A stretch of DNA of 64,000 nucleotides from a virus. Below, piece after piece: positions 29,301 through 38,189 of this stretch. The stretch lies in the IMG/VR virus record IMGVR_UViG_3300033148_007227, positions 1 to 64,000 of that record; one strand, given 5' to 3'. The notes below the pieces were generated by a model, which was not told where the DNA came from, made no database searches, and saw only the letters and a program-made list of their open reading frames with translations. Numbering within the stretch: the stretch's first letter is position 1; each line of letters starts with the position of its first letter. Both the position numbers and the translations under genes were made by a program.

Positions 29301-30063
29301 GGGATGGATGGCAAGAGCTTTAAGAGACGGTTCTAGAGGAGAAACTGAAGAATTTAATAAACTTATAGCAGATTACGAGGATGCTGAATTAGCTAAACTT
29401 TCAGATGAAGAACTTACAAGTATAGTTAATCAACAAGCCGATCAAATAACAGAATTAATAAACCGGATAAAGATCAAGCAACAGGAGTTAGATGCTTTAA
29501 AATCTCAACATAAAGAAAAGTTAAAGTTTTTCAGCAGACTTCATGATGAATTGAATACTGAAATTTATAAAACTGAGCAATATATGATTAAGATTAAAAA
29601 ATGGTCTCAGAAGAAATCTAAACCTTGGAAACAAATAATTAACTATATGCTTGAAAATGTTAATGAGGATTTGAGAAAGCAATTCCAGGAGTATATAGAT
29701 AGTTTGGAAGAACTTGACGAAAGGATACGTGTTGATGTTACTCCTAAGAATGTTGAAAGTTCAATTCCTGTTTCCGGTCTAAATCCTGAGTTCTATGCTT
29801 ATCAGTTTATAGAAGATTCTTACAAACGAGGAATGAAAAGAAGTAAAATATGGAGTGAAATAGTTAAAAGGTTTGCTCATGAAGTGGATAAGGAGAGGTT
29901 AAGTTATCTTCTGGAATCTTATCATAACAAAAGAAAAGCTGAAGGTGTGTGGGAAAAGATAAAAGGTTATGTTAAGAGACTTTGGGACAGTGGAGTTTCT
30001 TTGCTTAAGAGTTTGAGAGCCTGGAATAAAGAACTTGAACATGCAATTTATGAAGAAGATTGA
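26383..30063 (+). CDS. Large mosaic head-associated protein (GNAT, Zn ribbon, DUF5661-like, SH3-like, coiled coil)
   Basis: IYVLSSYSGKGIGK acetyl-CoA motif A; CPSC..CPSC; GGLADG...QLEKGINVELEHT...IAKDHLMEMNDYY; KIRKLMDEGKPQNQAIAIA; lies between terL and portal. Confidence 0.8.
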   Translation: MRLVEIEYYDKSKHKLTEEFKDEVYLFIPSLGMNLVIIYDGKIVGGIEAYKSGGEIFLSAIYVLSSYSGKGIGKDAISKLFDFFGSDIIIGEATEDSIGFWKSIGAKFTDSEKFEFELTRDDFMKNASIKKDVLGTGNILRYVCPSCMDLITLTQEDQDYCPSCQSKLLPVLHVNMSKSKNRRRSYLTDEVENKIMDLTNYFGYSLDDPEVLVDELSVLFPEYEWSELFDMVMDYERDYYDEDYEDLMEERLYKKNREAQNKGKKKSQEKGTPVYEIENYSVENPENSNNNDKGLPGGLADGVPDDEFDRKQLEKGINVELEHTDDPEIAKDIAKDHLMEMNDYYDRLEEMEEEAKKEKTKGAKKRIKSRIVKNSTNGNDILREKWEHEQQEIQNLIDEFINDWALEAGITDPFDDRIYDILDEFHEFKKKFGLFLNLEEFFESILDNWPYEESKKSKREIGKNKVIGWIWKKAERECGKNASEKDVRALYNKLKNKYSEKGEIAVSSSKRIKLYSDVSDPYNKNYPSQFIDGLEEDEGVYDDVEVGEEVLIDYFDPLIRRHRVDTGFVEKIREDGLILVRLNHNNMLINVPLFDVHKISKKSYNKNYSQSKYSKVKKIIMESKKNSMTDEAQKFISDKIRKLMDEGKPQNQAIAIAYEMARERGYDVPNKPKKSKVIDWVWKKAESNKKRRNKKRKSKLHLEEIYIVREDEPKKTLVGVFRDKEKAFNYASLWKDENGAKVYKITDPEKIKLYIEYRFNFDLSSDISYPYFRSSDKKKKSVNMDDLKNVPVSGVYKLGKKSLNEDYSYSKSKQSKMKRLYYQTKEDLERRITELSDRFMELGDMLKEANALHQEIKDIINTIASARTGLLYELRKVTDDYKRMKRRFFKIKKAQWFDTNEDREIEEMGKDIEQLSREWESLDREISETERELYDLERDREDVKREMEDVARELSEAGKEFDIDTMSYYTYPMGWMARALRDGSRGETEEFNKLIADYEDAELAKLSDEELTSIVNQQADQITELINRIKIKQQELDALKSQHKEKLKFFSRLHDELNTEIYKTEQYMIKIKKWSQKKSKPWKQIINYMLENVNEDLRKQFQEYIDSLEELDERIRVDVTPKNVESSIPVSGLNPEFYAYQFIEDSYKRGMKRSKIWSEIVKRFAHEVDKERLSYLLESYHNKRKAEGVWEKIKGYVKRLWDSGVSLLKSLRAWNKELEHAIYEED

Positions 30064-30066
30064 CGC

Positions 30067-30097
30067 TTGAAAAATGTTTTTAGGTTCAACTTATCAT
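30067..30097 (+). promoter_or_regulatory. Putative late promoter upstream of portal
   Basis: TTGAAA-aatgtttttaggttcaact-TATCAT (19-nt spacer). Confidence 0.45.
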
Positions 30098-30184
30098 GAT
30101 GAGATAATTTATAATTTTGTGATTGATTCTGATAAGTCAATAAAACAAATACGGGAAATTTTAAGAAAGGAGAAAATTTAAGAT

Positions 30185-32323
30185 ATGGCTAAAAAAGTTA
30201 AAAAATCAGGATTGAAGTTTGATAATAAAGAAAACTATTTCCCGATGATAATTCGCACTTCTGGAAACAAAGACTGGATTACAGAGGAAGTCACAAGATT
30301 TTATGAAGGAACTCAAGAAGGTATAAGTAAGTCAGGTCAAATCATAGGAGGGGGAACTTCGGCTGTCAGTCCTAATATTTCTGTAACTGTTCCTCAACCT
30401 TATATTCCTGAGTTTGCATCTCCTGACAGATTGTTTTTTCCAAGCAATGTCAAGGAAGCAATGAAGTATTGGAGATTCTTTTATGCTCTTGATCCAGTTT
30501 GCGGAAATATAATTGATATGTACTCGGAGATGCTTTTGTCTGATGCTGAGCTTTCAGGAGAAGGGTTTGATAGTGAAATAAGGGATATATGTTATCAGGC
30601 TTTGGAGGATACAGAGGCTTTAGGACAATTTAGATGGTTGATAGTTGGTTATATGGTTGATGGAGAGGTTATTCCTCATCTGATTTGGGATGAGAATCAG
30701 GGTCATTGGATTTATCTAGGATTTCAAGACCCTATGAATGTGATAGTTGAGGATGTTCCATTTATAGGAGTTGATCCTTATGTGGAACTTGAAATTTCGG
30801 ATAAAGTTAGAAATATGCTGACTAATCCCGATCCTAAATTTGAAAGATTTAGAAAGAATGTTCCTGAAGAATTTCTTGAATTAATTATGATGGGAAGAAA
30901 TATACCATTAAACACGGAAGAAAATGTAACTTTTATTCCTAGAAGATTAAGTCCTTATGATGTGAGGGGTGTAAGTATATTTAGTAGAATATGGAGAGTT
31001 TTGATGTATGAGGATGCAATATTTAATGCTAGTTTGGCTACTGCTCGAAGACATGCCGGACCTTTGAAAATTGCAAAATTAGGAAACCCTGCAACCGGGT
31101 GGATACCTGGGCCGGAGCATGAAGACAAATTAAGATCATTATTAGCAATAGCTGAAACTGATCCTCATGCTTGGTTAATTTATCATTATGGTTTAAATAT
31201 GGAAGCATTTGGAACAACAGAAAGAGTAATGACTATAGATAAGAATTGGGATGTGATTGAAAGAATTAAACTCATAGCTTTTGGAACTTCCAAGGCTTTT
31301 CTCACAGGAGAGGTGACATATGCCAGCTCTTATGTAGATTCTAATATAACAATGTTTGATAAGTCAACTAAAAGTATTGGTGATGTTAAAATTGGGGATA
31401 AAGTTATAGATAGATTTGGAAATGTTAAAGAAGTGACTGATGTTTTGGTTTATCCGTCTCCTGATGAGATGATGGAAATAACTTTAGTTGATGATAAAAA
31501 ATTAACTATTACAGATAATCATAAATTACCTGTTGGTGAAAATGGTTTAAAGATAAGAGCAGATGAGATTACGGATACTGATTATTTGTATTCTCCCTTA
31601 GAAGATAAATATATAAAAGTTAAGTCTGTAAGTAAAGTAAAGGTTGATAAGAGTGTAAATCCTGAAGTTTATAGTTTGACTGTAAAAGATACGGAGAGTT
31701 ATATTTTAGATGGGATTGCTTCTTATAATTCAGCAGAAAAAGGTTTACAAATATTTCTTTCAAGATTGAATGGTATGAGATCATTCTTTGAAAGGAGATG
31801 GTGGTATCCTAGATTTTTTAAAGTTATGGCTGAGAAAAATGATTGGATCATGCCAACTGAGGCAGAAGTTAAGCATCGAGTAAAAACTAAAAGAAGCAGG
31901 AGAGAACTTGAAGAAGGAAATAGGTATATTATTCCTAAGATAGTATGGAGTAAAAGTCTTGATCCTCAGAGTAAGGGGGACCTTGTAAGATTATATGGGG
32001 AGATAAAAGAAAAATTTGGGGTTAATGTTTCAAGAACTGAAGCATCTGCTACTGTAGGGTTGAATTGGAAGGAGGAGGAAGAAAAATGGAGAGAGGAAAA
32101 TAAAGTTCTTAGAGAATTAGAAGAAAAATATGGAGAAGAAGGTGAGTCTCCTGCTGAAAAAACTCCAGAAAGTTCAGGTGGTTTTTTACCTCCTGGTGGT
32201 CCTCCTCCTCCAGGAATTGGGAGTCCTGGGGAAATGGAGGAATTAGAAACTCCTGTGGAAGGGGAGGAAATTGAAGAAGGAGAAGAAATTCCTCCTGAAG
32301 AAGCTGGAGCAGAAGTTGAATAG
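30185..32323 (+). CDS. Portal protein (intein-containing)
   Basis: Position between terL and protease; WRFFYALDPVCGNIID, RGVSIFSRIWR, KLGN...WIP; Pro/Glu-rich tail. Confidence 0.85.
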   Translation: MAKKVKKSGLKFDNKENYFPMIIRTSGNKDWITEEVTRFYEGTQEGISKSGQIIGGGTSAVSPNISVTVPQPYIPEFASPDRLFFPSNVKEAMKYWRFFYALDPVCGNIIDMYSEMLLSDAELSGEGFDSEIRDICYQALEDTEALGQFRWLIVGYMVDGEVIPHLIWDENQGHWIYLGFQDPMNVIVEDVPFIGVDPYVELEISDKVRNMLTNPDPKFERFRKNVPEEFLELIMMGRNIPLNTEENVTFIPRRLSPYDVRGVSIFSRIWRVLMYEDAIFNASLATARRHAGPLKIAKLGNPATGWIPGPEHEDKLRSLLAIAETDPHAWLIYHYGLNMEAFGTTERVMTIDKNWDVIERIKLIAFGTSKAFLTGEVTYASSYVDSNITMFDKSTKSIGDVKIGDKVIDRFGNVKEVTDVLVYPSPDEMMEITLVDDKKLTITDNHKLPVGENGLKIRADEITDTDYLYSPLEDKYIKVKSVSKVKVDKSVNPEVYSLTVKDTESYILDGIASYNSAEKGLQIFLSRLNGMRSFFERRWWYPRFFKVMAEKNDWIMPTEAEVKHRVKTKRSRRELEEGNRYIIPKIVWSKSLDPQSKGDLVRLYGEIKEKFGVNVSRTEASATVGLNWKEEEEKWREENKVLRELEEKYGEEGESPAEKTPESSGGFLPPGGPPPPGIGSPGEMEELETPVEGEEIEEGEEIPPEEAGAEVE
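31325..31729 (+). mobile_element. Mini-intein (135 aa, Ser1) in portal
   Basis: TYA|SSYVDSNITMFDKSTKSIGDVKIGDKV (block A), ITDNHKL (block B), VYSLTV..ESYILDGIASYN|S (blocks F/G); no endonuclease. Confidence 0.88.
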
Positions 32324-32358
32324 AGAAAAGAATAATAACATGTTTTTTTCTCTTGTTT

Positions 32359-32390
32359 TTTAAATTTTTTGATTCATAATAGGATATTAT
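32359..32390 (+). promoter_or_regulatory. Putative late promoter upstream of protease/capsid operon
   Basis: TTTAAA-ttttttgattcataatagga-TATTAT (20-nt spacer). Confidence 0.55.
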
Positions 32391-32414
32391 GATATATGGA
32401 GGGAAATTGTAATT

Positions 32415-35400
32415 ATGAGAAAAATAAATTCTATTTCAGAAGAAGTTAGGTTACTTCCTTCTATAGCTGCTCGTAATGAAAAAGGAAGATTAAATATTCA
32501 GGAAGCTATTAATATTGTTGCTGATAAATACAAACTTTCAAAAAATCCTGATGATTATGAATATATGGTTTTAATTGCTCTTCATGCTGATGAGCCTAAT
32601 TGTAATGGAGATGCTTTTACACTTGAAGAACTGGAAAGATTCGATCCTAAGTATGGATGTAAAGTTTATCAAAGTTTTACTCTTAAACCTCATTTTATTG
32701 AACATCGGCAGGATGGGGAAGTTTACGGTTTTGTTCTGGATTCTCATCTTGAGAAACCAAAAGAAGGAAATGCTTATGTAGAACTCTGTATTGCAGTTGA
32801 TAAAACCAAAGACCCAGTTTATGGAGAAATGGTTAAGAATGGGGAAGTTGATAAATTCTCTATGGGGTGTTCTGTTGATTATACAGTTTGTAATGTTTGT
32901 GGAAATGAAAGTTATGATGAAGCTAGCTTTTGCAATCATATTTTGAATCATAAAATGTCAACTTTTAAGGTTGCAGATGAGAATGGAAATGAAGAAGAAA
33001 AGTTGGCTTATGAAAAATGCTTCGGAGTTGTGTTTGATGAAATTTCTGCTGTGGGTGATCCTGCTGATGAAGGAGCTTTGAAGCAGGAAACTTTGAAAGC
33101 GGCGATGAAGAAAAGGTTTAAAAAGTTAGAAAAATTAAGTAAGAAAAAAGCTCAGAATGATTTTGATATAGATGAATTGTTATGGGAAGAATTAAAAGAA
33201 TATGTAGGAGCTATAATTTCAAAGTATGGAGATGAGATTAGATATGATCTTGATAAAATAGATGAATTGTTATGGAAAGAATATAGGATTAATGTTGAAG
33301 ATACAGGATTTGACTTGGGTAAGTTAGTTTCTGAGTATTTAATGGAGCGTGAAGGGAAGAAAGATAGAAAAAGTAAAAAATCTCGTTATGAGGGTTCTCT
33401 TTCATCTTTTGGTGGTGATGTGTTTGAGATTATTAAGGATAAATCTGATTTATTAGATTCTCCATTAAAACCTTTAAAATTTGATAATGAGTCTGTAGTT
33501 ATTCATTTTGGTTATGAAGGAATAAATTATTATATGTCATTTGAGAGATATCGTGTACGTGGTCCTGTAACATTGTTTCAAGTTAGTATTTCTGCAACAG
33601 GTGATGGTATTACAGGTGTTATAGGTTTGTCTGGTAATATTTATTCTGATCCACATGATGTGGCTTCTGATCTTATGAATGCATTAGTGGCTTATGAACA
33701 GTTTGGTGATGTAAGAGATGCTGGAACTGTAAAATCTATAAGGAAATTGAGAAATAGAAAAAAGAAATCTCAGAAATGGGTTGATTGGGGTATAAAAGAA
33801 GATAAACCTAAAGAAATATTTGGTAAAAGTAAGGTTTCATTTTCAGAAAGTGAATTAAGGAGTATAGCTAAGAATCTTATAAGAGAAGGATTGAGTAAAA
33901 CTAAAGTTATAGAAACTCTTATGAGATTGAGTAATATCACTCCTTTTGCAACTGCCGAACAAATTGTGGAGGATATAATGTACATGGTAGCTGATAAGAA
34001 AAAGGTTGGGGCACAATCTTCATTCTCAAGAAATCAAGGACATATCAAGAAGGTTTCAAGACTTATAAAAAAGTATAGAGAAGAAACCGAGAGAAAAGAA
34101 TGGGCTTTGGTTTCTAAGGATGATGCAAGCAAAATTTTGAAGTGGTTTGGTCCTGAGAAACCTTCTAAAGAGGAAGTTCAAAAAGAGGAACAACGTGTTC
34201 AGTATTTCAAAAGTAAAGGTAGAAAAATAAAGAAAGTTCAAAATTCAGAAGCTACAAATTATAAATATTGGATGCACACTGTATCAGGTGATGTATATGC
34301 TGTTGGTGTGAATGAAAGAGGAGAAGTTGTAGAATCTGTTGGTCCATTATATTATAAAGAATATCAGGAATTTCAACCAGAAGATTTTAGACATAATATG
34401 ATAACTGAAGATAATGAATGGTTTAATGAAAACTCTGAAGATTTTGTATTAAAATCCAGTAGAAAGAAAGCTCAAGTTCCTGATGAAAATGTTGTTCCTT
34501 CTGAAAAGGAGAGGGGATGGTTATTGAACTTGTCTCAAGATATAACAACTGGTGAGGTTACAGATGAATTTTCTGCTCAACAGTGGTTCAGAGATAAGTA
34601 TAATCGTGAACCTAATTATGGTGAGCAGGAAAATATGAGAAGTTTATTTTCTAAGAAAGGATTGAAAAATAGATTTCTCAAGAAAAAGAAGTTGGATGAG
34701 TCTGGTGTATATGGAAAAACTTTAAATAAAAACAGGAGGAATAAAATGAGAGAAAGAACTAGGAGTGTTAGGAAAACTCCTGTTTCTAGGACTGTTGAAA
34801 GTAAAATTCTTAGAAACAGAAAGGGTAGAAGTTTAGAAAATAACAAAAGAAGAAATCTTAGAAACAGGAAATCGGCAAAGGATTTAGTAAAGAAAGAGTA
34901 TTATATTGAAGGTATTGATAAGAGAGCTACAGATGTGAGGTATCCTAATTATAGAGATTGGAAAATTACTGTATTAGGAAATGGAAAGGTTAAGTTTGTC
35001 AGACTTGGTAATGATAGGAGAACTTCTTTCAGAAAGGTTCTGAAAGCTGGTGATGAGAGAAGGTTTGCAGAAAATGTTCTTGATGATTTGGTGAGAAAGG
35101 GGTTGGCTTTTGTAGTTAAGAAATATGGATTTGGAAGATTTAAATCAATTCTTGAAGATGGAACAATTGACAGGGGTACTGGCAGTCTTTCTCCTAGAGA
35201 AGATAGGTTGACTTCTGATGGTATAACTGATAAAAAGGATTATTCTTTAAAGAATATGAAGGATCAGGTTTCAGATGATGGGTATTGGGATAAGATGAGT
35301 GGTAGAAGGTATAGAAGAAAAGGTTTGAAACTTAACAAATGGAGATTCATAAAAGCTAAGAAGTTGGCTAGAGCTTTGGAGAGACTTTATGAAAAATATG

Positions 35401-36311
35401 AGAAGAAAAGTGATAAAGAAGCTAGGAAGATCATACTTGATTTATTTACAAAAGGAGCTTTGAAGAGGAGAGCTCAAGATGATGAAGAACTTCCTGATAA
35501 TTTGGGACAGGTAATAGAGGAGAATGTAGAGGTAGTGGATGTTCCCGGTTTAGTGGAGGAAGTTACTAATTATTATGTGGATGATATGGAAATGAGTCCT
35601 GAAGATGCCGCTACTGAGATAGTTGATGAATTTGTAGAAAGTGATGCTCCTGATGAAATAAAAGATGAAATAAAGAAAGAAGTGGAGGATATTGCAGAAA
35701 CAGTTGAAGCTGAAACACAGGAGGTTGTGGAAGAAGAGATGGAAGATGTGAGGGAAAAGGTTGATGAGATAGCTGATAAGGTTCCTTCGATGGAAGAGAT
35801 GGGAATAGATGAAGAGGAGATTGAAGTTGCATCTTCCAGAAGAGCGAAGGAATTAAATAAAGCTTTTAGAGATAAATTCTATAGAGCTTTAAAACTTGCG
35901 GCTACAAGACAACTTTTAAACATAGATACTTCCGGTCTCTTTGCTATAAAGGACGAGCTTTGTGAGGAATTGATTCATCCTCATGGAAAGTTCGGAGGTT
36001 TGAAGACAGACACGGCTCTTGATATCATTGAAAGGTCTTTTAGAAAGGTTCTTTCATCAGAGGCTATAGATGAATTTATAAAGTCGGCTGAAAGATTAAT
36101 GGAAATGAATGATGATGCTTTCAATCAGATCGAAGATGATATTAGGAATCTTTCCCCTGTAAGTGTATCGGGGATGTCTGACAAAGAAAAGGAAGCTAGT
36201 AAAAATGACTTGACTGTTGTGGGAAGAACTGGTTCTGGAATTTATAGTGATGAGAATTTTAAAGATTTAGTCAAGAAATCTTTACCTGGTTTTGGACTAG
36301 ACAAAAGTTAA
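32415..36311 (+). CDS. Prohead maturation protease fused to multiple modules and an acidic scaffold-like C-terminus
   Basis: N-terminal PNCNGDAF, FIEH, FSMGCSV..TVCNVC..FCNH, FDEISAVGDPADEGA (HK97/assemblin-type protease pattern); lies between portal and capsid genes. Confidence 0.8.
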   Translation: MRKINSISEEVRLLPSIAARNEKGRLNIQEAINIVADKYKLSKNPDDYEYMVLIALHADEPNCNGDAFTLEELERFDPKYGCKVYQSFTLKPHFIEHRQDGEVYGFVLDSHLEKPKEGNAYVELCIAVDKTKDPVYGEMVKNGEVDKFSMGCSVDYTVCNVCGNESYDEASFCNHILNHKMSTFKVADENGNEEEKLAYEKCFGVVFDEISAVGDPADEGALKQETLKAAMKKRFKKLEKLSKKKAQNDFDIDELLWEELKEYVGAIISKYGDEIRYDLDKIDELLWKEYRINVEDTGFDLGKLVSEYLMEREGKKDRKSKKSRYEGSLSSFGGDVFEIIKDKSDLLDSPLKPLKFDNESVVIHFGYEGINYYMSFERYRVRGPVTLFQVSISATGDGITGVIGLSGNIYSDPHDVASDLMNALVAYEQFGDVRDAGTVKSIRKLRNRKKKSQKWVDWGIKEDKPKEIFGKSKVSFSESELRSIAKNLIREGLSKTKVIETLMRLSNITPFATAEQIVEDIMYMVADKKKVGAQSSFSRNQGHIKKVSRLIKKYREETERKEWALVSKDDASKILKWFGPEKPSKEEVQKEEQRVQYFKSKGRKIKKVQNSEATNYKYWMHTVSGDVYAVGVNERGEVVESVGPLYYKEYQEFQPEDFRHNMITEDNEWFNENSEDFVLKSSRKKAQVPDENVVPSEKERGWLLNLSQDITTGEVTDEFSAQQWFRDKYNREPNYGEQENMRSLFSKKGLKNRFLKKKKLDESGVYGKTLNKNRRNKMRERTRSVRKTPVSRTVESKILRNRKGRSLENNKRRNLRNRKSAKDLVKKEYYIEGIDKRATDVRYPNYRDWKITVLGNGKVKFVRLGNDRRTSFRKVLKAGDERRFAENVLDDLVRKGLAFVVKKYGFGRFKSILEDGTIDRGTGSLSPREDRLTSDGITDKKDYSLKNMKDQVSDDGYWDKMSGRRYRRKGLKLNKWRFIKAKKLARALERLYEKYEKKSDKEARKIILDLFTKGALKRRAQDDEELPDNLGQVIEENVEVVDVPGLVEEVTNYYVDDMEMSPEDAATEIVDEFVESDAPDEIKDEIKKEVEDIAETVEAETQEVVEEEMEDVREKVDEIADKVPSMEEMGIDEEEIEVASSRRAKELNKAFRDKFYRALKLAATRQLLNIDTSGLFAIKDELCEELIHPHGKFGGLKTDTALDIIERSFRKVLSSEAIDEFIKSAERLMEMNDDAFNQIEDDIRNLSPVSVSGMSDKEKEASKNDLTVVGRTGSGIYSDENFKDLVKKSLPGFGLDKS

Positions 36312-36327
36312 TAGGAGGTAATAAAAA

Positions 36328-37014
36328 ATGTTAGATCGTACAAGAAATGTTGTACTGAAAAGGTTAGGGACTGATCCTGTTGATCCTAATGCTACTTTTG
36401 AAGAAGGAGATTTGCTTCATTGGTCTGCTGATGGGTGGACTAAGAGTTCGGATGGAACTGCTGATGTTTTGAGAGGAATTGCAGGTCTTACTAAAAGTAG
36501 TATTCTCTATGCTCCTCAGATTGATGAAGAGGCTGTTTTGACCGAAGAGGATGTTATCGAATTGGCTCATGCAAATATTGTGGATGGTTCTCAGAAGGTT
36601 ACTGATGAGGCGGGAACTACAACTTATGAAGAGGATACTGATTATACTTTTAATGATACTAATGGAACTATTGCTCGTATTGCTACTGGCTCCATTGATG
36701 ACGGTGATACTGTTCTGGTAAGTTATACTTATCAGAGGACTGAGGAGGAGATTCAGGAGGAAATTGGTAAGAACCTTAGAAATGATCTTGATGAAACTTT
36801 TGGATCGGGAAATGTAGTTGTATATCAGGGTCGGATGACTATTGTCACTAATCGTTATGACACTTCTCAGGCTTATGCAGTTAATGATCCTCTCTATGAT
36901 AATGGAGATGGTTTATTGACTTCTGATAGTACTGGTAGTGTTGTGGCAGTAGGTTATGTTAAACAGGTCCCCACCGCTTCTGATCCTTGGTTGATTGCGG
37001 AGTTGGACCTGTAA
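36328..37014 (+). CDS. Head decoration/cement protein
   Basis: Directly upstream of MCP; YDTSQAYAVNDPLY...G.LT...VGYV..VPT motif; inserted beta domain. Confidence 0.65.
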   Translation: MLDRTRNVVLKRLGTDPVDPNATFEEGDLLHWSADGWTKSSDGTADVLRGIAGLTKSSILYAPQIDEEAVLTEEDVIELAHANIVDGSQKVTDEAGTTTYEEDTDYTFNDTNGTIARIATGSIDDGDTVLVSYTYQRTEEEIQEEIGKNLRNDLDETFGSGNVVVYQGRMTIVTNRYDTSQAYAVNDPLYDNGDGLLTSDSTGSVVAVGYVKQVPTASDPWLIAELDL

Positions 37015-37046
37015 GGTTCTAAAAAGTTAATAGGAGGTAATTAAAA

Positions 37047-38099
37047 ATGCGAAAGAATCCTTATAGAGAATATAAGTCTGGTAGAACAGGAAAGTTATGG
37101 GAGGAAGACCCTTTTGAGAAGGATTTTGATAGAAATGGTGAGCTTAATGCTTGGGATAATAAAGATGCTGGAAATAGAATTAGTGATATTTTAAGAAGAG
37201 CTTCTTCTCAAAAAACTGAAGTTATACGTAAATCTTTAGTAGGAGAAGACGTTAGGCGACGTGTGCTTACTGCGGCGGCTAAAGACCCTCAAGAGGGGAT
37301 GAAGGTTATAGCTCAGACTCTTGGAGAAGTTGTTTACAAGATCGTGGACTATGCTGGATGGACTCGAAAGGTTCTGGATGTTGTTACTCTGAATCAGGGT
37401 GAAATATTTAGAATCCCGAAAGATGTTGATGTTCTTGGTTGGGTTGTTGCTGGTGATGGTCAAACCATAGTTTCACAGCTTCGTTCAAAGTATGTTTTCC
37501 CTGGTGAGTTCAAGAATACAGCCTTTGTGGAGATTGATATACTTGATATCGTACAGGCTAATTGGGATATTTTTGATCGTGGTGTGGATCGTGCGGCTCA
37601 GCAGATAATGAGAGGTGAGGATGTTCGGGCACAACAGCTTTTGGATAGGGTTGGTAGAACTGTCAATGATGTTGTTACCTACGCGACTTTGAATCTTAAT
37701 GTCTTTGAAGACGTGAGATTTCAGGTTGAAAGACACAGGCTGACTTGTGATAAGTTCATCATCTCAAGAAGTGAACTTTCTGACATAGTTAAAACTATGT
37801 CCACGGAAGTTGATTTTGTTACTCAGAGAGAGTTGATCCTAGCAGGTTATATTGGGAATGTTCTGAATTGTCAGATCATTACATCTGCTGGTATTGGAGT
37901 AGAGGAGGTTGTTCCTCCTGGTAGGATTTATGCTGTTACTGAGGGTAAGTATCTCGGAAGGCTTGGTGAAAGATTATCACTTCAGAGTGAAGAGTATAAT
38001 ACTCTTGTGAGAAACGAGATTAAGAAGGGTGTTGCTCAGTACGAGATTATTGGTCTTGGTAACGGTAACAGTAAGGCTGTGGCTATCGGTTCTAAGTAA
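37047..38099 (+). CDS. Major capsid protein (HK97 fold)
   Basis: 350 aa, strong AGGAGG RBS, DYAGWTRKVLDV, QIMRGED, VTQRELILAGYIG, VPPGRIY; gene order. Confidence 0.85.
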   Translation: MRKNPYREYKSGRTGKLWEEDPFEKDFDRNGELNAWDNKDAGNRISDILRRASSQKTEVIRKSLVGEDVRRRVLTAAAKDPQEGMKVIAQTLGEVVYKIVDYAGWTRKVLDVVTLNQGEIFRIPKDVDVLGWVVAGDGQTIVSQLRSKYVFPGEFKNTAFVEIDILDIVQANWDIFDRGVDRAAQQIMRGEDVRAQQLLDRVGRTVNDVVTYATLNLNVFEDVRFQVERHRLTCDKFIISRSELSDIVKTMSTEVDFVTQRELILAGYIGNVLNCQIITSAGIGVEEVVPPGRIYAVTEGKYLGRLGERLSLQSEEYNTLVRNEIKKGVAQYEIIGLGNGNSKAVAIGSK

Positions 38100-38125
38100 A
38101 GTTTTTAAGTTTTAATTGGAACAAT

Positions 38126-38169
38126 ACCTTTGTCTTCATGAGGAAGATAAAGAGGTGGGTGAAAATCCC
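38126..38169 (+). other. Two adjacent RNA hairpins after MCP (terminator/structured leader candidate)
   Basis: CTTTGTCTTC-atgag-GAAGATAAAG stem, then GGG-tgaaaat-CCC. Confidence 0.5.
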
Positions 38170-38189
38170 TGATCGAATAATGAAAGAAG

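Noticed and set aside
30115-30182. Third PLMP-like relic upstream of portal (FVIDSDK...IREILRKEKI)
   Set aside because: Resemblance too weak and short; lacks the AR.LL..GKA and IQL anchors
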